A stretch of 64,000 nucleotides of DNA from Candidatus Thorarchaeota archaeon (GCA_048884965.1 JBHLQH010000012.1:1-64000); one strand, 5' to 3'. Shown: positions 9,320-19,610, counted from the first letter of the stretch. The notes: a model not told the origin generated them from the sequence alone. Numbers and translations are program-made.

Positions 9320-11212
9320 ATGACTCCAGTGCAGACTAGTTATCCTGGTGTATACATTCAGGAAGTTCCAACGGTTGCGAGGACAATTGCAGGTGTTTCA
9401 ACCTCAATTACTGTATTCATCGGACTGGCATCCGCTGAAACGAGTAATCCTCTGAAACCAAAAAGAATTGTATCATATCAGGAATACGAACGGGAATTTG
9501 GTCCGCCACATCCAAACTCGGATTTGGCATCTTCTGTAAGAATGTTCTTTCAGAATGGCGGATCTGTATGTTACATCATCAATATTATTGATGACGCAGT
9601 GTTTGCATCAAACACTGTCAAGAGTGCTGGCGGTTCTGAAATATTGGAATTCAAAACTGTAGCACGAGGAAGAATTGGAAATCTATTTTCAGTTAAACTC
9701 TCAAAGAAGAATGGTACCTATGATGTTGATGTGTTTCTTGACAACCTTAAAGTAGAAACAATAAAAGATTGTGAACTACTAGGATCGGATAATGCAGCAT
9801 CTTTCACAAAGAAATGTGAAAAGTCAGAGTACATTCGTTGCGAAACTAAGGACGCTACAAAGGTCATTGATACTTTTGCTAGTAATCTAGTAAATTCGGA
9901 AAAGCTGTATGCGAAATTGGTCGACGGAAGAGATAACTCTCTACCAACAGTGGATGTTTGCGCGCAGAAGTACAAAGATGCAATCGATAATCTAAGCGAT
10001 ATTGACATTTTCAACTTAATGATTATCACAAGATTGGATGAAGTAGCACCTGAAGATGCAACGGCCCCCGTGATTTCATTCAGACAACCACTGAATAACG
10101 CCATAGTTGACGAGGACCAAACGGGTGATGGAGTATCTGACCTCCCGATCGATATTGATGTTGTATGGACCTGTGATGATCCAAACGCGAAGTTTGAATT
10201 GTATCTAAATGATGCAAATAGGGTGGATCTTATCGCTGGTAGTGTCACGCATACATATCAAGTTGCAGCTGTTGGGGGGTACACAATAAAACTCATTGCA
10301 ATAGACACCAAAGGTAACACAAGTACCGCATCAGTTACATTTACCGTTAGCGATCAGCCCGACTTTGTTGGAGCTGGCTGGGATTCTCTTCCACCTGCGA
10401 TAGTCCCATCAGTTGGAATGACTGATCAAGCATATAGAGATATTCTGGAAAAGGCTAGCCCCTATTGCAAGCAACGAAGAGCATTCTTACTCATAGATCC
10501 ATTATCCACATGGACTACAAAAGACATTACGACAGCTCAATTACTTGAGATACGGGATAAGGTTGAAGATGAGTACTGTGCTTTGTATTTTCCCCACATA
10601 GTAATTAGAGAGTATAATCCAGTAGAGAAAAAGAGCTCTGATAAGAAGATTGGTCCAGCGGCAGCAGTTGCGGGGATCATCTCAGATGTTGATGCAAGTA
10701 GAGGTGTTTGGAAGGCGCCAGCTGGGATAAACACAGATATCACAGGAGTAGAAAGCGTTTCTGTCACCCTTATCGATGAACACAACGGAGTACTAAACTT
10801 GCAGGCTGTGAACTGTCTCCGTACATTTCCTGCGGGTACCGTTGTTTGGGGTGCTCGTACGGTTGCAGGTTTTCAAGAAGGTGAGTGGAAATACATACCA
10901 ATTCGCAGACTTGCACTTTACATTGAAGAATCCCTTTATCGAGGAACACAATGGGTTGTATTTGAGCCAAATGATGAGCCAACTTGGGCGGCAGTAAGGG
11001 CTACGGTCACAGATTTTATGATGGACCTCTTCAGAAAGGGAGCCTTTCAAGGATCAAGCCCCAAAGAAGCTTTCTTTGTAAAATGCGACAAAGATACCAC
11101 GACTGAACGTGACCGTAATTTGGGAGTTCTGAATATCATAATTGGATTTGCACCACTCAAACCTGCAGAGTTTGTAGTTATCCAGATACAGCAAATTTCT
11201 CAATTTTCATAA
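9320..11212 (+). CDS. Contractile tail sheath protein (Afp2/3/4-like) with inserted Ig-like domain
   Basis: N-terminal 'YPGVYIQEV...IAGVSTS'; 'FFQNGG..CYI'; C-terminal 'RGVWKAPAG', 'VWGART', 'WKYIPIRRL', 'VFEPND', 'GFAPLKPAEFVVI'. Confidence 0.97.
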   Translation: MTPVQTSYPGVYIQEVPTVARTIAGVSTSITVFIGLASAETSNPLKPKRIVSYQEYEREFGPPHPNSDLASSVRMFFQNGGSVCYIINIIDDAVFASNTVKSAGGSEILEFKTVARGRIGNLFSVKLSKKNGTYDVDVFLDNLKVETIKDCELLGSDNAASFTKKCEKSEYIRCETKDATKVIDTFASNLVNSEKLYAKLVDGRDNSLPTVDVCAQKYKDAIDNLSDIDIFNLMIITRLDEVAPEDATAPVISFRQPLNNAIVDEDQTGDGVSDLPIDIDVVWTCDDPNAKFELYLNDANRVDLIAGSVTHTYQVAAVGGYTIKLIAIDTKGNTSTASVTFTVSDQPDFVGAGWDSLPPAIVPSVGMTDQAYRDILEKASPYCKQRRAFLLIDPLSTWTTKDITTAQLLEIRDKVEDEYCALYFPHIVIREYNPVEKKSSDKKIGPAAAVAGIISDVDASRGVWKAPAGINTDITGVESVSVTLIDEHNGVLNLQAVNCLRTFPAGTVVWGARTVAGFQEGEWKYIPIRRLALYIEESLYRGTQWVVFEPNDEPTWAAVRATVTDFMMDLFRKGAFQGSSPKEAFFVKCDKDTTTERDRNLGVLNIIIGFAPLKPAEFVVIQIQQISQFS

Positions 11213-11226
11213 TGAGGTGATAAGAG

Positions 11227-11745
11227 ATGTCAACACAACCAGTTTTTCCAGCAAACCCACACAGAATCGATCCATACAAGAACTATCTCTTCCGTGTAAA
11301 GATGGAGGTTGATGGCGAGTGGAAGACAGTCCTTGGAGTGACAAAAGTGAGTGGTCTAAAAAGAGCAACGGAAGTCATATCCCATAGATCTGGCGGAGAG
11401 AATGACAAGGACCATAAAACTCCAGGTCGAACAAAGTATGAACCGATAACCTTGGAGCGCGGGATAACACATGATCCAGATTTTCAAGATTGGGCCATGA
11501 GGATTCATCCACTTGAAGATTCTAGTAGAGATCTTGTTAATTATCGACGAACCTTGCAACTTGAGATACTCAACGAGAGAATGAAACCAGTAATTCGGTA
11601 CAGACTATACAAATGCTGGGTAAGCGAATTCAATCTGCCTGAACTTGACTCCAGCGCGAATGCTCTAGCAATTGAAAGTATCAAGATCGAGCTCGAAGGA
11701 TGGGATAGAGATGCTGATCTTGTAGAGGAGTTTGAGGGAGGTTAG
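11227..11745 (+). CDS. Tail tube protein (T4 gp19-like, Afp1/5)
   Basis: 'DPYKNYLFRV', 'VSGL...EVISHRSGG', 'PGRTKYEPITLERG', 'LDSSANALAIESIKI'; SD GAGGTGA upstream. Confidence 0.95.
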   Translation: MSTQPVFPANPHRIDPYKNYLFRVKMEVDGEWKTVLGVTKVSGLKRATEVISHRSGGENDKDHKTPGRTKYEPITLERGITHDPDFQDWAMRIHPLEDSSRDLVNYRRTLQLEILNERMKPVIRYRLYKCWVSEFNLPELDSSANALAIESIKIELEGWDRDADLVEEFEGG

Positions 11746-11781
11746 CAAATAGACTGATGAAAGAAACAACCTGACTGAGGC

Positions 11782-12621
11782 TTGGAGTATTTGCATGGGA
11801 GAGATTTTGAGTACGGATTCCCAAGAATACCTGCTAGTCTACGGAATCAATACGAAATCAATGGAATCCAATTCAGAAGATATGGAACCTGCATAGAGGA
11901 CTTGAGCATAGACTTTGATATTTTTCCAAGACCTGCTCTGATAACTGAAATCCTTTATCGGTGCATGAATGACAACAGCGGTTCAACTTTGAATGAAGAA
12001 TTCATCTGGAAACTTCCAATTACTACGAGAATTGAAGGCTTATTACACCTAGCATTTCTGAATAGAAATAGCTCTCTCGAGTGTTCTTTTCAATGCTCTA
12101 ATGATGAATGTAATGAGAAACTTGGACTTAATTTGAACTATGAACAGATCCAAAACTACCTGAATCAAATAGCAAATGATGAAACCGTCAATATAGAAAC
12201 TGATGATCGGAGTATAGAATTACGAAAACCCAATGGAATGGATCAATGCAAGTGGCTGCAATCAGAATTCAAGGACATTGATTCTGCCAAGCTCGAGATA
12301 ATCAGAACTTTGGCTAAGGAGAATATCGATGACTTACCAAAATCTATGCTGGCTACAATTTCAAAGCAGTTAGAAAACATTGACCCTTTGATGAACCTGA
12401 ATCTGAAATTGATTTGTCCAGCATGCGGAGAAGAGGGCGTTTACTTCTTGGATCTGGAAACGATTTCACTGGAAATACTGCGAGAAACACAGAGAGAATT
12501 ATTCGAAGGCATTCACATCCTCGCACGCGAATATGGTTGGAATGAAAGTGAGATTCTCTCCTTACCTAGTTGGAGAAGAAAACAGTATATCTCGATGATT
12601 GAGAGGGGGGCTAGCAGATGA
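11782..12621 (+). CDS. T4 gp26/gp51-like baseplate/tail assembly protein with Cys pairs and DUF6760-like C-terminus
   Basis: 'IELRKPNGMDQ', 'DPLMNLNLKLICPACG', C-terminal 'IHILAREYGWNESEILSLPSWRRKQY'; lies directly after the tube gene. Start codon uncertain. Confidence 0.75.
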   Translation: MEYLHGRDFEYGFPRIPASLRNQYEINGIQFRRYGTCIEDLSIDFDIFPRPALITEILYRCMNDNSGSTLNEEFIWKLPITTRIEGLLHLAFLNRNSSLECSFQCSNDECNEKLGLNLNYEQIQNYLNQIANDETVNIETDDRSIELRKPNGMDQCKWLQSEFKDIDSAKLEIIRTLAKENIDDLPKSMLATISKQLENIDPLMNLNLKLICPACGEEGVYFLDLETISLEILRETQRELFEGIHILAREYGWNESEILSLPSWRRKQYISMIERGASR

Positions 12622-13550
12622 GTGATTATCTCTCCAAAGTGATTGAGAGAACTGGGATTGTAGCAAAACAAGAGAAGTTAGAAGATGAAGTGGTAAAAAC
12701 AAGAGAAGTAGATATACAAGAAGAAAGTGATTTCAAAGGAGAAGAACCAGAGATCCCCGTTGATTTAGATTCTGAAGATATCGCAATATCAGATGTATTG
12801 ATAGACTACAAAGAAGAAGAACACAAGCCTGAAGAAATAGAAGACACTTTCAAAGAAGAGTCGGAATTCATCGATTCAATTGAAACGAAGGGAGAGATAG
12901 AAAGTGAAACTGAGCATACTGAACATATTATTGAATCCCCTGATAAAACAGAGAATCCTAAAAAGCTTGAAGTTACTGATTTGAACCAAATAGATGCTAT
13001 AGAAATTCTTGATGACCAGATAGATTCGGAAATGGAATCAGATAGTGAAATCCGAGAATCACCTCATACTATCAGCAAAGTCACACGGCCAATTATGCCT
13101 TCTACACCAAAGGAGATTCAACCTCAATATACAGTTGACGAATCGGATCAACCTGCTCCACAAATGAAAGACCAAGAAAACGATGAATTACATAGTATCA
13201 CCCACAAAGAGATGACAATAAATCAAGTCTTGAGATGGATTGAAACTGATGAAGAAATTTCAGATATTCATGCACACTCAATCAAGCAAATGGAGGAAAA
13301 AAGAGGACCACCTGAAACATTGTTGCAACCAGAAATTCGTGTAGATAAGAGTGAAGCAAAACTGAGAACTGCAGATGAGCCTACTTTCGAGAAAGATGAT
13401 TCCCTTAGGATTTCTATCGGTTCTATCAATCTGACTATTGAAGAACCTCGTCCAGAAGATCAATTTACGAAAATATCTGATGTTCCTATTCGAAAGAAAC
13501 GTGAAACTAGACCATTATCACGACTCAGTAGATTCTATCTGAGGAGGTAA
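12618..13550 (+). CDS. Acidic, low-complexity CIS-associated protein (possible ruler/tape-measure analogue)
   Basis: Very Glu/Asp-rich 310 aa protein. N-terminal 'MSDYLSKVIER' and C-terminal 'LRISIGSINLTI...LSRFYLRR' resemble unstructured proteins encoded upstream of Pvc16 in eCIS loci. ATGA overlap with the previous gene. Confidence 0.6.
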   Translation: MSDYLSKVIERTGIVAKQEKLEDEVVKTREVDIQEESDFKGEEPEIPVDLDSEDIAISDVLIDYKEEEHKPEEIEDTFKEESEFIDSIETKGEIESETEHTEHIIESPDKTENPKKLEVTDLNQIDAIEILDDQIDSEMESDSEIRESPHTISKVTRPIMPSTPKEIQPQYTVDESDQPAPQMKDQENDELHSITHKEMTINQVLRWIETDEEISDIHAHSIKQMEEKRGPPETLLQPEIRVDKSEAKLRTADEPTFEKDDSLRISIGSINLTIEEPRPEDQFTKISDVPIRKKRETRPLSRLSRFYLRR

Positions 13551-13551
13551 A

Positions 13552-15033
13552 ATGAGAATGAGTCTAAAAGAATCGAGTAAAGCCATTGGCGCAATAACCA
13601 AGTTTCTTGTTGGAATATTGGATGGCGTTACTGAGCTCGACGTAGTTTTGGGATTTCCAAGAACTGAACCAGAAAGCAACTTGTATCTATTACTCTATGA
13701 AATTGTATTTGATTCAGGTCTAAAGAATGTCCCATTGGACAAAAATCAATCACCACCAATATGGTTAGTTCTGAAATATGTTCTGACAGCTTATGATGGG
13801 AGGGCGGACTATAAAGCATATTATGACTTAGGCAATGCAATCCGGACACTGCAAAACATCAACTATATTGACCCCTCTCGAATACGGGATACAGAAATAG
13901 CCGATGCCCTGAGAAACAATCCTGAACCACTAAAAATCACATTTGATGAAGCATCTTTAGAAGTTATTTCCAAGATGCTTGGAAGTGTAGATGAGAAATA
14001 TCAATGTTCCATTTGTTTCCAAGTCAGACCAGTATTAATCACACAGGAAGAGCCTCCATCCTTTTCATTACTTGTAGGCATCAATTATGAAGATGAAAAG
14101 ATAATCGGAATCGAGGGAATAAAAATAGGCGCGGCACAAATGAGAGTGCCAAGTATTGATTCCATTACTGAAATCATTCCTCCGCCAGTGGCAGATTCCA
14201 TTCGTCTAGAAATCCTCGGTTCGAATCTAGATTTGGAAAATCTAGTACCAAAGATTGGCTCCAGTCTAATGCCTGAGATTTTGATTGCTAGTAATGCTAA
14301 TAGAATGCAAATCGAGCTCTCCCACCAGACTATCATTGAGAAGTTTTCAGCTGGAAGTTTTCCTTTCACTATTGTCCAAAACATAGGAACTGCCGAGAGT
14401 CCAAGAATACGATGTATGAGTAATGTACGAATTCTCCACATTCTACCAATTGTAATAGATGCCTCAGATAATGAACTGACAATACCAAACAACCTCTCGA
14501 TATCAGGTAGATTACTAGGCAAACCAGATGATTCAGTTCTGGTTTCATTCTATGCCACTGAAGGACGAAGGTCCGGAGAGGTAGTGGCTATGTATGACAA
14601 CTTTCAGGAAGGTGACTACAGCTCAACACAAGAGACCATTCTTCTCAAATTGAATAGAGATACTGGACTTTCTGCAGGCACATACAGGATACTTGTTAGA
14701 ATCAATAGCGAACAGGCACACACGAGTCCGAAGATAATCTTCAAGCCTAAGGTTACAGATGTGCAATTCAAGATAGATGATGAGATCAAATTATTGGAAC
14801 TGAAAGGCTCCCTCCTAGGCTGTCACAGAGATGAAATTGAAGTAACCCTAACCAAAGGAGCTTCAAAGCATGTCTGTTCAGATATACCACCAATTGCCTA
14901 CATCAAAGATCAAACATCTCTTAGTATTCCAATTGCGTCCTTTGAGTCTATAGTTAGTCCGGGCAGGTATCATGTCAGTTTGATTGTAAATTCGCAGACT
15001 ATTGAAGATGATTGGGAGGTGACAATTGAATAA
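13552..15033 (+). CDS. Pvc16/Afp16 (DUF4255) tail terminator-cap protein with C-terminal IPT/Ig-like domains
   Basis: 'NLYLLLYEI..D..LKN', 'LVLKYVLTAY', 'LGNAIRTL', 'SICFQVRPVLI' match the Pvc16 N-terminal pattern. Followed by about 290 aa of beta-rich repeats. Confidence 0.85.
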   Translation: MRMSLKESSKAIGAITKFLVGILDGVTELDVVLGFPRTEPESNLYLLLYEIVFDSGLKNVPLDKNQSPPIWLVLKYVLTAYDGRADYKAYYDLGNAIRTLQNINYIDPSRIRDTEIADALRNNPEPLKITFDEASLEVISKMLGSVDEKYQCSICFQVRPVLITQEEPPSFSLLVGINYEDEKIIGIEGIKIGAAQMRVPSIDSITEIIPPPVADSIRLEILGSNLDLENLVPKIGSSLMPEILIASNANRMQIELSHQTIIEKFSAGSFPFTIVQNIGTAESPRIRCMSNVRILHILPIVIDASDNELTIPNNLSISGRLLGKPDDSVLVSFYATEGRRSGEVVAMYDNFQEGDYSSTQETILLKLNRDTGLSAGTYRILVRINSEQAHTSPKIIFKPKVTDVQFKIDDEIKLLELKGSLLGCHRDEIEVTLTKGASKHVCSDIPPIAYIKDQTSLSIPIASFESIVSPGRYHVSLIVNSQTIEDDWEVTIE

Positions 15034-17216
15034 TGGTTGAAGTTAAGTATCCCAATCAGCTTCTGACTTTCACACCAGGACTATTCTTTGTTGATGAATT
15101 GGGAAGATATTGGATTCAGCAAGTGACAATCAGATTGAGAAGGGAATTATGCTGGGTAAGGGTTGAACGAGGAGTTTCAACCGCAGAAGTTGTGAGTTAC
15201 CTCCCACCCTACATAGATAGTGAATCTGAGGCACTCTCACTTCAGAGATTCTCAGCTCAAAAGCAAGATTTCTTTGAATCCGACTCCACAGCCAGCCATC
15301 TTACTGGTTTACTAGAGATGAGAAAACCGCAGATACCTGAAAATCCAATTCAGGGATCGTTCAGCTGGTTAGTTCAAGAATTACAATTGAATAACGTCTC
15401 ATCATTCTTACTCGCACTAGCTCTTTTGCGTACCTTTGATGCAGCTAGTGGAGCTATAATAGCATCTTGTCAGAATAATCAACAAAAAACATTCCCAACT
15501 TTTGCGCTTCTACAGAGACTGTGGGATTATCCAGAAGAAGTCACAGACTTAATGCTCAATAGCCATCCATTAGCGAGATATGGCATAATAAGAATAGGAA
15601 AACCTGCATCTGATGATAATTCCTCATTGTATGAAAGTACAATAACCATACCTTTTATCATCGCCAATCAATTGTTATATCCAAAGGGCGAACCCGCTCC
15701 TGAATTCATTCCTATTGGCAAACTTAGAGGTGATTCTAAAGGAAGGAGCTTGCTTGAGAATGTATCTTCTAGAATCCTTACAACTGCAAATGAAAGCTTG
15801 AGAGTTGTACCAATCATCAAACCTTTGGGCGAATCATTTCAGCAATTCCTATCAGAAATTTCTGATTTCACAAATAAAACCATAGTGGCATACAATGGAA
15901 ATCCAACAGACCTTCTCGAAAATGGAAAATTAAATTCTTTACTTACATATTGCTGGATGAAATCATTTGATCTGTTTCTGGATTCAAATATGACGTGGGT
16001 ACTAACGAAGGAAGGTAGCATCCCCTATAGATTACTATTCTCAAGCCAGAGCTTACCTCTCTCGCTCTATCTGGGGCTGGATTCAAAAGATCTATTGAAA
16101 GAAATTCCGAAAACGCTATCATCTCCAGTTGCTGAGATTCCTGTAAGTAGTTATACAGAACGATATGATTGTTGGAAGGATTATCTAAGTGACCTGAATT
16201 TCTCGGATGAAGTTCTTCAGGAATTAGCGCAGAAATTCCGATTTGGTAAAGAGAAAATAGAATCAATTTGTAACAGCGTTAAGAATTGGAAAGGCAGCTT
16301 ACATCCTAGCAAATTAATTTCATCGTGTCGAGCAGAGGTCAGACTTGATGACATCGAATTCGCAAAGAAGATTGAACCAAGATTCAAGCAAGAGGAGTTG
16401 ATACTTCCCAAAAAGCAGAGTCGCCAATTCCATGAAATCCTCACAGGAATGAAGAACTTAGGAAAAGTGTACTACAACTGGGGTCTAGAAAATGGGTGGA
16501 ATGAGGTAGGGTTATCATGCCTATTTGCAGGTCCTTCAGGAACTGGCAAAACAATGGCTGCTGAAATCCTAGCCCGAGAATTAGGACTTCCTTTGTATAT
16601 AATAGATCTATCACAGGTCATAAACAAATATGTTGGAGAAACTGAAAAGAATCTAAAGAAACTCTTTGATGAAGCTGAGATTTCGGATACAATTCTCTTC
16701 TTTGATGAAGCAGACTCTCTTTTCGGAAAGAGGACCGCAATTAAAGATGCACATGATCGATATGCGAATATTACCGTCAGTTACCTCTTGGATAGAATGG
16801 AGAAATTCAAAGGTCTACTGATTCTCGCGACAAACAAAAAGAAAAATTTGGATGATGCCTTTACTAGACGGATTCGATATATAATCGATTTTCCAATACC
16901 AAGTGAAGAAGAGAGATTAAGAATTTGGAAACAACTTATTCCGATCACTGTTGACAAATCAGATATTGACATAGATTTCCTTGCTAAGCAATTTCCGATG
17001 AATGGGGGGAATATCAAATCTGCAGTATTCAATGCATGCTTACAATCTGCAGATTCGACAAAGTATCCGTTGATATCTGAAAATTATGCAATCAGCATGA
17101 AAGAGCTGATCATAGCGATCAAGAGAGAATTTGACAAAATGAACCGACCGATAAGTCTAGAGAAATTCGGTCAATATTCAAAGATAATCTCAAAGATGGA
17201 GGATGTGCGGCATTGA
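15033..17216 (+). CDS. AAA+ ATPase (Afp15/Pvc15 type)
   Basis: Walker A GPSGTGKT, 'IDLSQVINKYVGETEKNL', Walker B ILFFDEADSLFGKR, 'DAHDRYAN', 'LDDAFTRRI'. Confidence 0.95.
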   Translation: MVEVKYPNQLLTFTPGLFFVDELGRYWIQQVTIRLRRELCWVRVERGVSTAEVVSYLPPYIDSESEALSLQRFSAQKQDFFESDSTASHLTGLLEMRKPQIPENPIQGSFSWLVQELQLNNVSSFLLALALLRTFDAASGAIIASCQNNQQKTFPTFALLQRLWDYPEEVTDLMLNSHPLARYGIIRIGKPASDDNSSLYESTITIPFIIANQLLYPKGEPAPEFIPIGKLRGDSKGRSLLENVSSRILTTANESLRVVPIIKPLGESFQQFLSEISDFTNKTIVAYNGNPTDLLENGKLNSLLTYCWMKSFDLFLDSNMTWVLTKEGSIPYRLLFSSQSLPLSLYLGLDSKDLLKEIPKTLSSPVAEIPVSSYTERYDCWKDYLSDLNFSDEVLQELAQKFRFGKEKIESICNSVKNWKGSLHPSKLISSCRAEVRLDDIEFAKKIEPRFKQEELILPKKQSRQFHEILTGMKNLGKVYYNWGLENGWNEVGLSCLFAGPSGTGKTMAAEILARELGLPLYIIDLSQVINKYVGETEKNLKKLFDEAEISDTILFFDEADSLFGKRTAIKDAHDRYANITVSYLLDRMEKFKGLLILATNKKKNLDDAFTRRIRYIIDFPIPSEEERLRIWKQLIPITVDKSDIDIDFLAKQFPMNGGNIKSAVFNACLQSADSTKYPLISENYAISMKELIIAIKREFDKMNRPISLEKFGQYSKIISKMEDVRH

Positions 17217-17503
17217 ACGGTATCAAGATAGAAAATCTAACTATCAGGTCTATTGGTCTCTCGAGGGACAAAGTCGAATTGCTACAAGCCAATCTTCGAT
17301 CAAAATTACTAGAAGAGCTATCTAAATTGACACTCCACGAACTGGATAATTCCTCCAATGTAGTTGACGAATTGGACTTTGGCTCTATCAAGATATCAAG
17401 TGATACTAGTGTATCTGATCTATCTCGTTTGATTTCAACACGAATCTCAGATTGGTTATTTGTAAAGATTAGATCAGAGAATAAGGAGGCCAAAGAAGAA
17501 TGA
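17213..17503 (+). CDS. Small CIS-associated hypothetical protein
   Basis: 96 aa, overlaps both neighbours; N-terminal 'IKIENLTIRSIG' resembles small eCIS proteins found after the ATPase. Confidence 0.7.
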   Translation: MNGIKIENLTIRSIGLSRDKVELLQANLRSKLLEELSKLTLHELDNSSNVVDELDFGSIKISSDTSVSDLSRLISTRISDWLFVKIRSENKEAKEE

Positions 17504-18195
17504 CTTTAGTGAAAGGAGCATTAATCGAATATTCTGGAGATTTCATGGGTCCACTTCCAAACGTGGTTCTATTTCAGTTCAATCCAGAGAGTCTCTCAAG
17601 AGAGATCAAAATCCCACCAAGAGATTTGAATGAAGAAGTATCACAAGCAGGAGATGCACCTGTAGAAACAATTGCGCTCACTGCCATATTCAATGCAGCC
17701 TCTCAGCTAGATCAAAATAACCCTCTGGCAAAAGAATTCGGAATTGGACCTCAACTTGCTGCGTTAGAGAAAATGGTATACCCAGAAGGGAAAATCGGCG
17801 AATTGATTCTTGATTTAATGGAAGATGTTGATTCTTTCGGGGGAGAGGTTTCCGGACCAATGGCGGAAGATGAGAGAGGAGAACCAATTCCCAGATTGAA
17901 GTTTCCTAGAATCCTTTTCATTTGGGGAAAGACTCGAATCCTTCCAGTTGCGATTCAGAGCATGAGAATCACAGAGGACCAATTTGATGCAGCATTGAAT
18001 CCCATCAGTGCGAAAGTCGACCTGTCATTGGGGGTCTTATCAGGAAGAGGTGTTGAAGGTGACCCGATAGCAACAGGGGCTATGAAATACACTGCCATGC
18101 TTAAGGATGCACAAGCTCTTGCTAACCTAACTAACACTTTAGCAGAGCTACCCAACTTCATTGCGGCGGAGGTTGAATCAATCATACAGTTTTAG
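17500..18195 (+). CDS. CIS tube initiator (Afp7 N-terminal / CIS_tube domain)
   Basis: 'VVLFQFNPESLSR', 'LAALEKMVYP', 'ILFIWG', 'ITEDQFDAALNPISAKVDLSL'. Confidence 0.9.
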   Translation: MTLVKGALIEYSGDFMGPLPNVVLFQFNPESLSREIKIPPRDLNEEVSQAGDAPVETIALTAIFNAASQLDQNNPLAKEFGIGPQLAALEKMVYPEGKIGELILDLMEDVDSFGGEVSGPMAEDERGEPIPRLKFPRILFIWGKTRILPVAIQSMRITEDQFDAALNPISAKVDLSLGVLSGRGVEGDPIATGAMKYTAMLKDAQALANLTNTLAELPNFIAAEVESIIQF

Positions 18196-18201
18196 GAGAT
18201 A

Positions 18202-18489
18202 ATGAAAATGAGTCAGAATATCAATCCATCTTCAAGATACTACCGAATTCCTCTTGCGGAAGTGCAAACTGAAGATGGTAGAAATGTGAATGCACTGAAG
18301 TTGAGAATTATACCAAAAGTAACAGGGCAACGAATTCCCCTAAGACCATTAGATCGTCTGGATACAATATCCTACAGAGTATATGGCATCTCTACTAGAT
18401 ATTGGCGGATTGCAGATGCACATTCAGAGCTTGATTCTAAGCGTTTAATCAAAGAAGATACACGGAAATTGGAGGTGCCAGAAATTTGA
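18202..18489 (+). CDS. LysM-like baseplate protein (gp53/gpX-like)
   Basis: 'SSRY' start and 'DRLDTISYRVYG....YWRIADA' LysM-type motif. Confidence 0.85.
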   Translation: MKMSQNINPSSRYYRIPLAEVQTEDGRNVNALKLRIIPKVTGQRIPLRPLDRLDTISYRVYGISTRYWRIADAHSELDSKRLIKEDTRKLEVPEI

Positions 18490-19610
18490 TGGACCAGAGA
18501 TTCTATCGTTTCTTATTTCAGAAATCAGCCAATGGTTCTTACAATCAGGTATCATCTGAGATAATTCGAAGCATCGTAGAAATCCATGTAGAGCAAGAGA
18601 TGGATATGGCATGGCAGTGCAGGATAAAGCTACGAATTAAGGCAGATGAGAAGGGAAATTGGACAGATGAACACAGAGAACTAATGAAGCCATTTATCAG
18701 AATAAGAATTGAGATAGGATATGGAATCCCTCCTTACATTCCTCTAATTGATGGCCCTGTTGTTGGGCACGACATATCAATGAGTTCAGAACCAGGAAAC
18801 AGCTTTGCTACGATCACAGTCCAAGATGATAGTATCTTCTTAAATCAGGATCAAAGTTTTGAGATGTTTGAAGGAAAGAAAGTACAGGAGATTGTTGATG
18901 CCTGTTTCAAGATAGCAAAGGATAAAATTACCCCTCAATTCATCGATAGGAAGAATTTCAAAATCCCCGAAATAACTATGCAGCGTGGTTCACCTATCGA
19001 GCTTCTACGCGAAATCGGGATGAAGCAAGGAATCCACACTTACGTTCTACCAGGACATGAAAAGGGAAAAAGCATTGGTTGTTTTCAAACCTTAAAATCA
19101 CACTCAACGAATCAAGGATCTCTTTTGAACGCAGGAAACTACCAACCTCTTATTCTCTTAGGAAAGGAGCGAAATATTGACTCATTCGACGCAAGGACAG
19201 ATGCACAAGCGCCTACAAATGTAATGGTAGTTTCATTTTCGCCCAATGGAAAAGATACCTCCGCAAGAACAACAAGTCCTAGTTCATTGGATTTGGTAGG
19301 AAATAAGATAGGTTATGAGAGTTCTATAAATACGCCAACAAGATTACCGCCTGCATATTCAGTAGGACCGATAGAGGAGAATCAGTCCGACTCGGCGATA
19401 GCAGAACGAAATAACTATTCAATCGAAGCTACAGGGACAATAAACACCACTATCTATCCGGATATTCTTCAACCGTATTCGACAATTCAAGTGAAGGGTG
19501 TAGGACCCGAATATACAGGTGAGTATCTAATTACTGCGGTTACTCATACAATTACACCTGCGAAGTACACACAATCATTCAAGCTAAAGGGGAGTGCATT
19601 AGCAGGATAG
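18486..19610 (+). CDS. Baseplate hub protein (gp27/VgrG N-terminal, late control D-like; Afp8-N)
   Basis: 'VEIHVEQEMD', 'LIDGPVVG', 'ITMQRGS...LLREI', C-terminal 'VKGVGPEYTGEYLITAVTHTI...YTQSFKL'. Confidence 0.85.
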   Translation: MMDQRFYRFLFQKSANGSYNQVSSEIIRSIVEIHVEQEMDMAWQCRIKLRIKADEKGNWTDEHRELMKPFIRIRIEIGYGIPPYIPLIDGPVVGHDISMSSEPGNSFATITVQDDSIFLNQDQSFEMFEGKKVQEIVDACFKIAKDKITPQFIDRKNFKIPEITMQRGSPIELLREIGMKQGIHTYVLPGHEKGKSIGCFQTLKSHSTNQGSLLNAGNYQPLILLGKERNIDSFDARTDAQAPTNVMVVSFSPNGKDTSARTTSPSSLDLVGNKIGYESSINTPTRLPPAYSVGPIEENQSDSAIAERNNYSIEATGTINTTIYPDILQPYSTIQVKGVGPEYTGEYLITAVTHTITPAKYTQSFKLKGSALAG

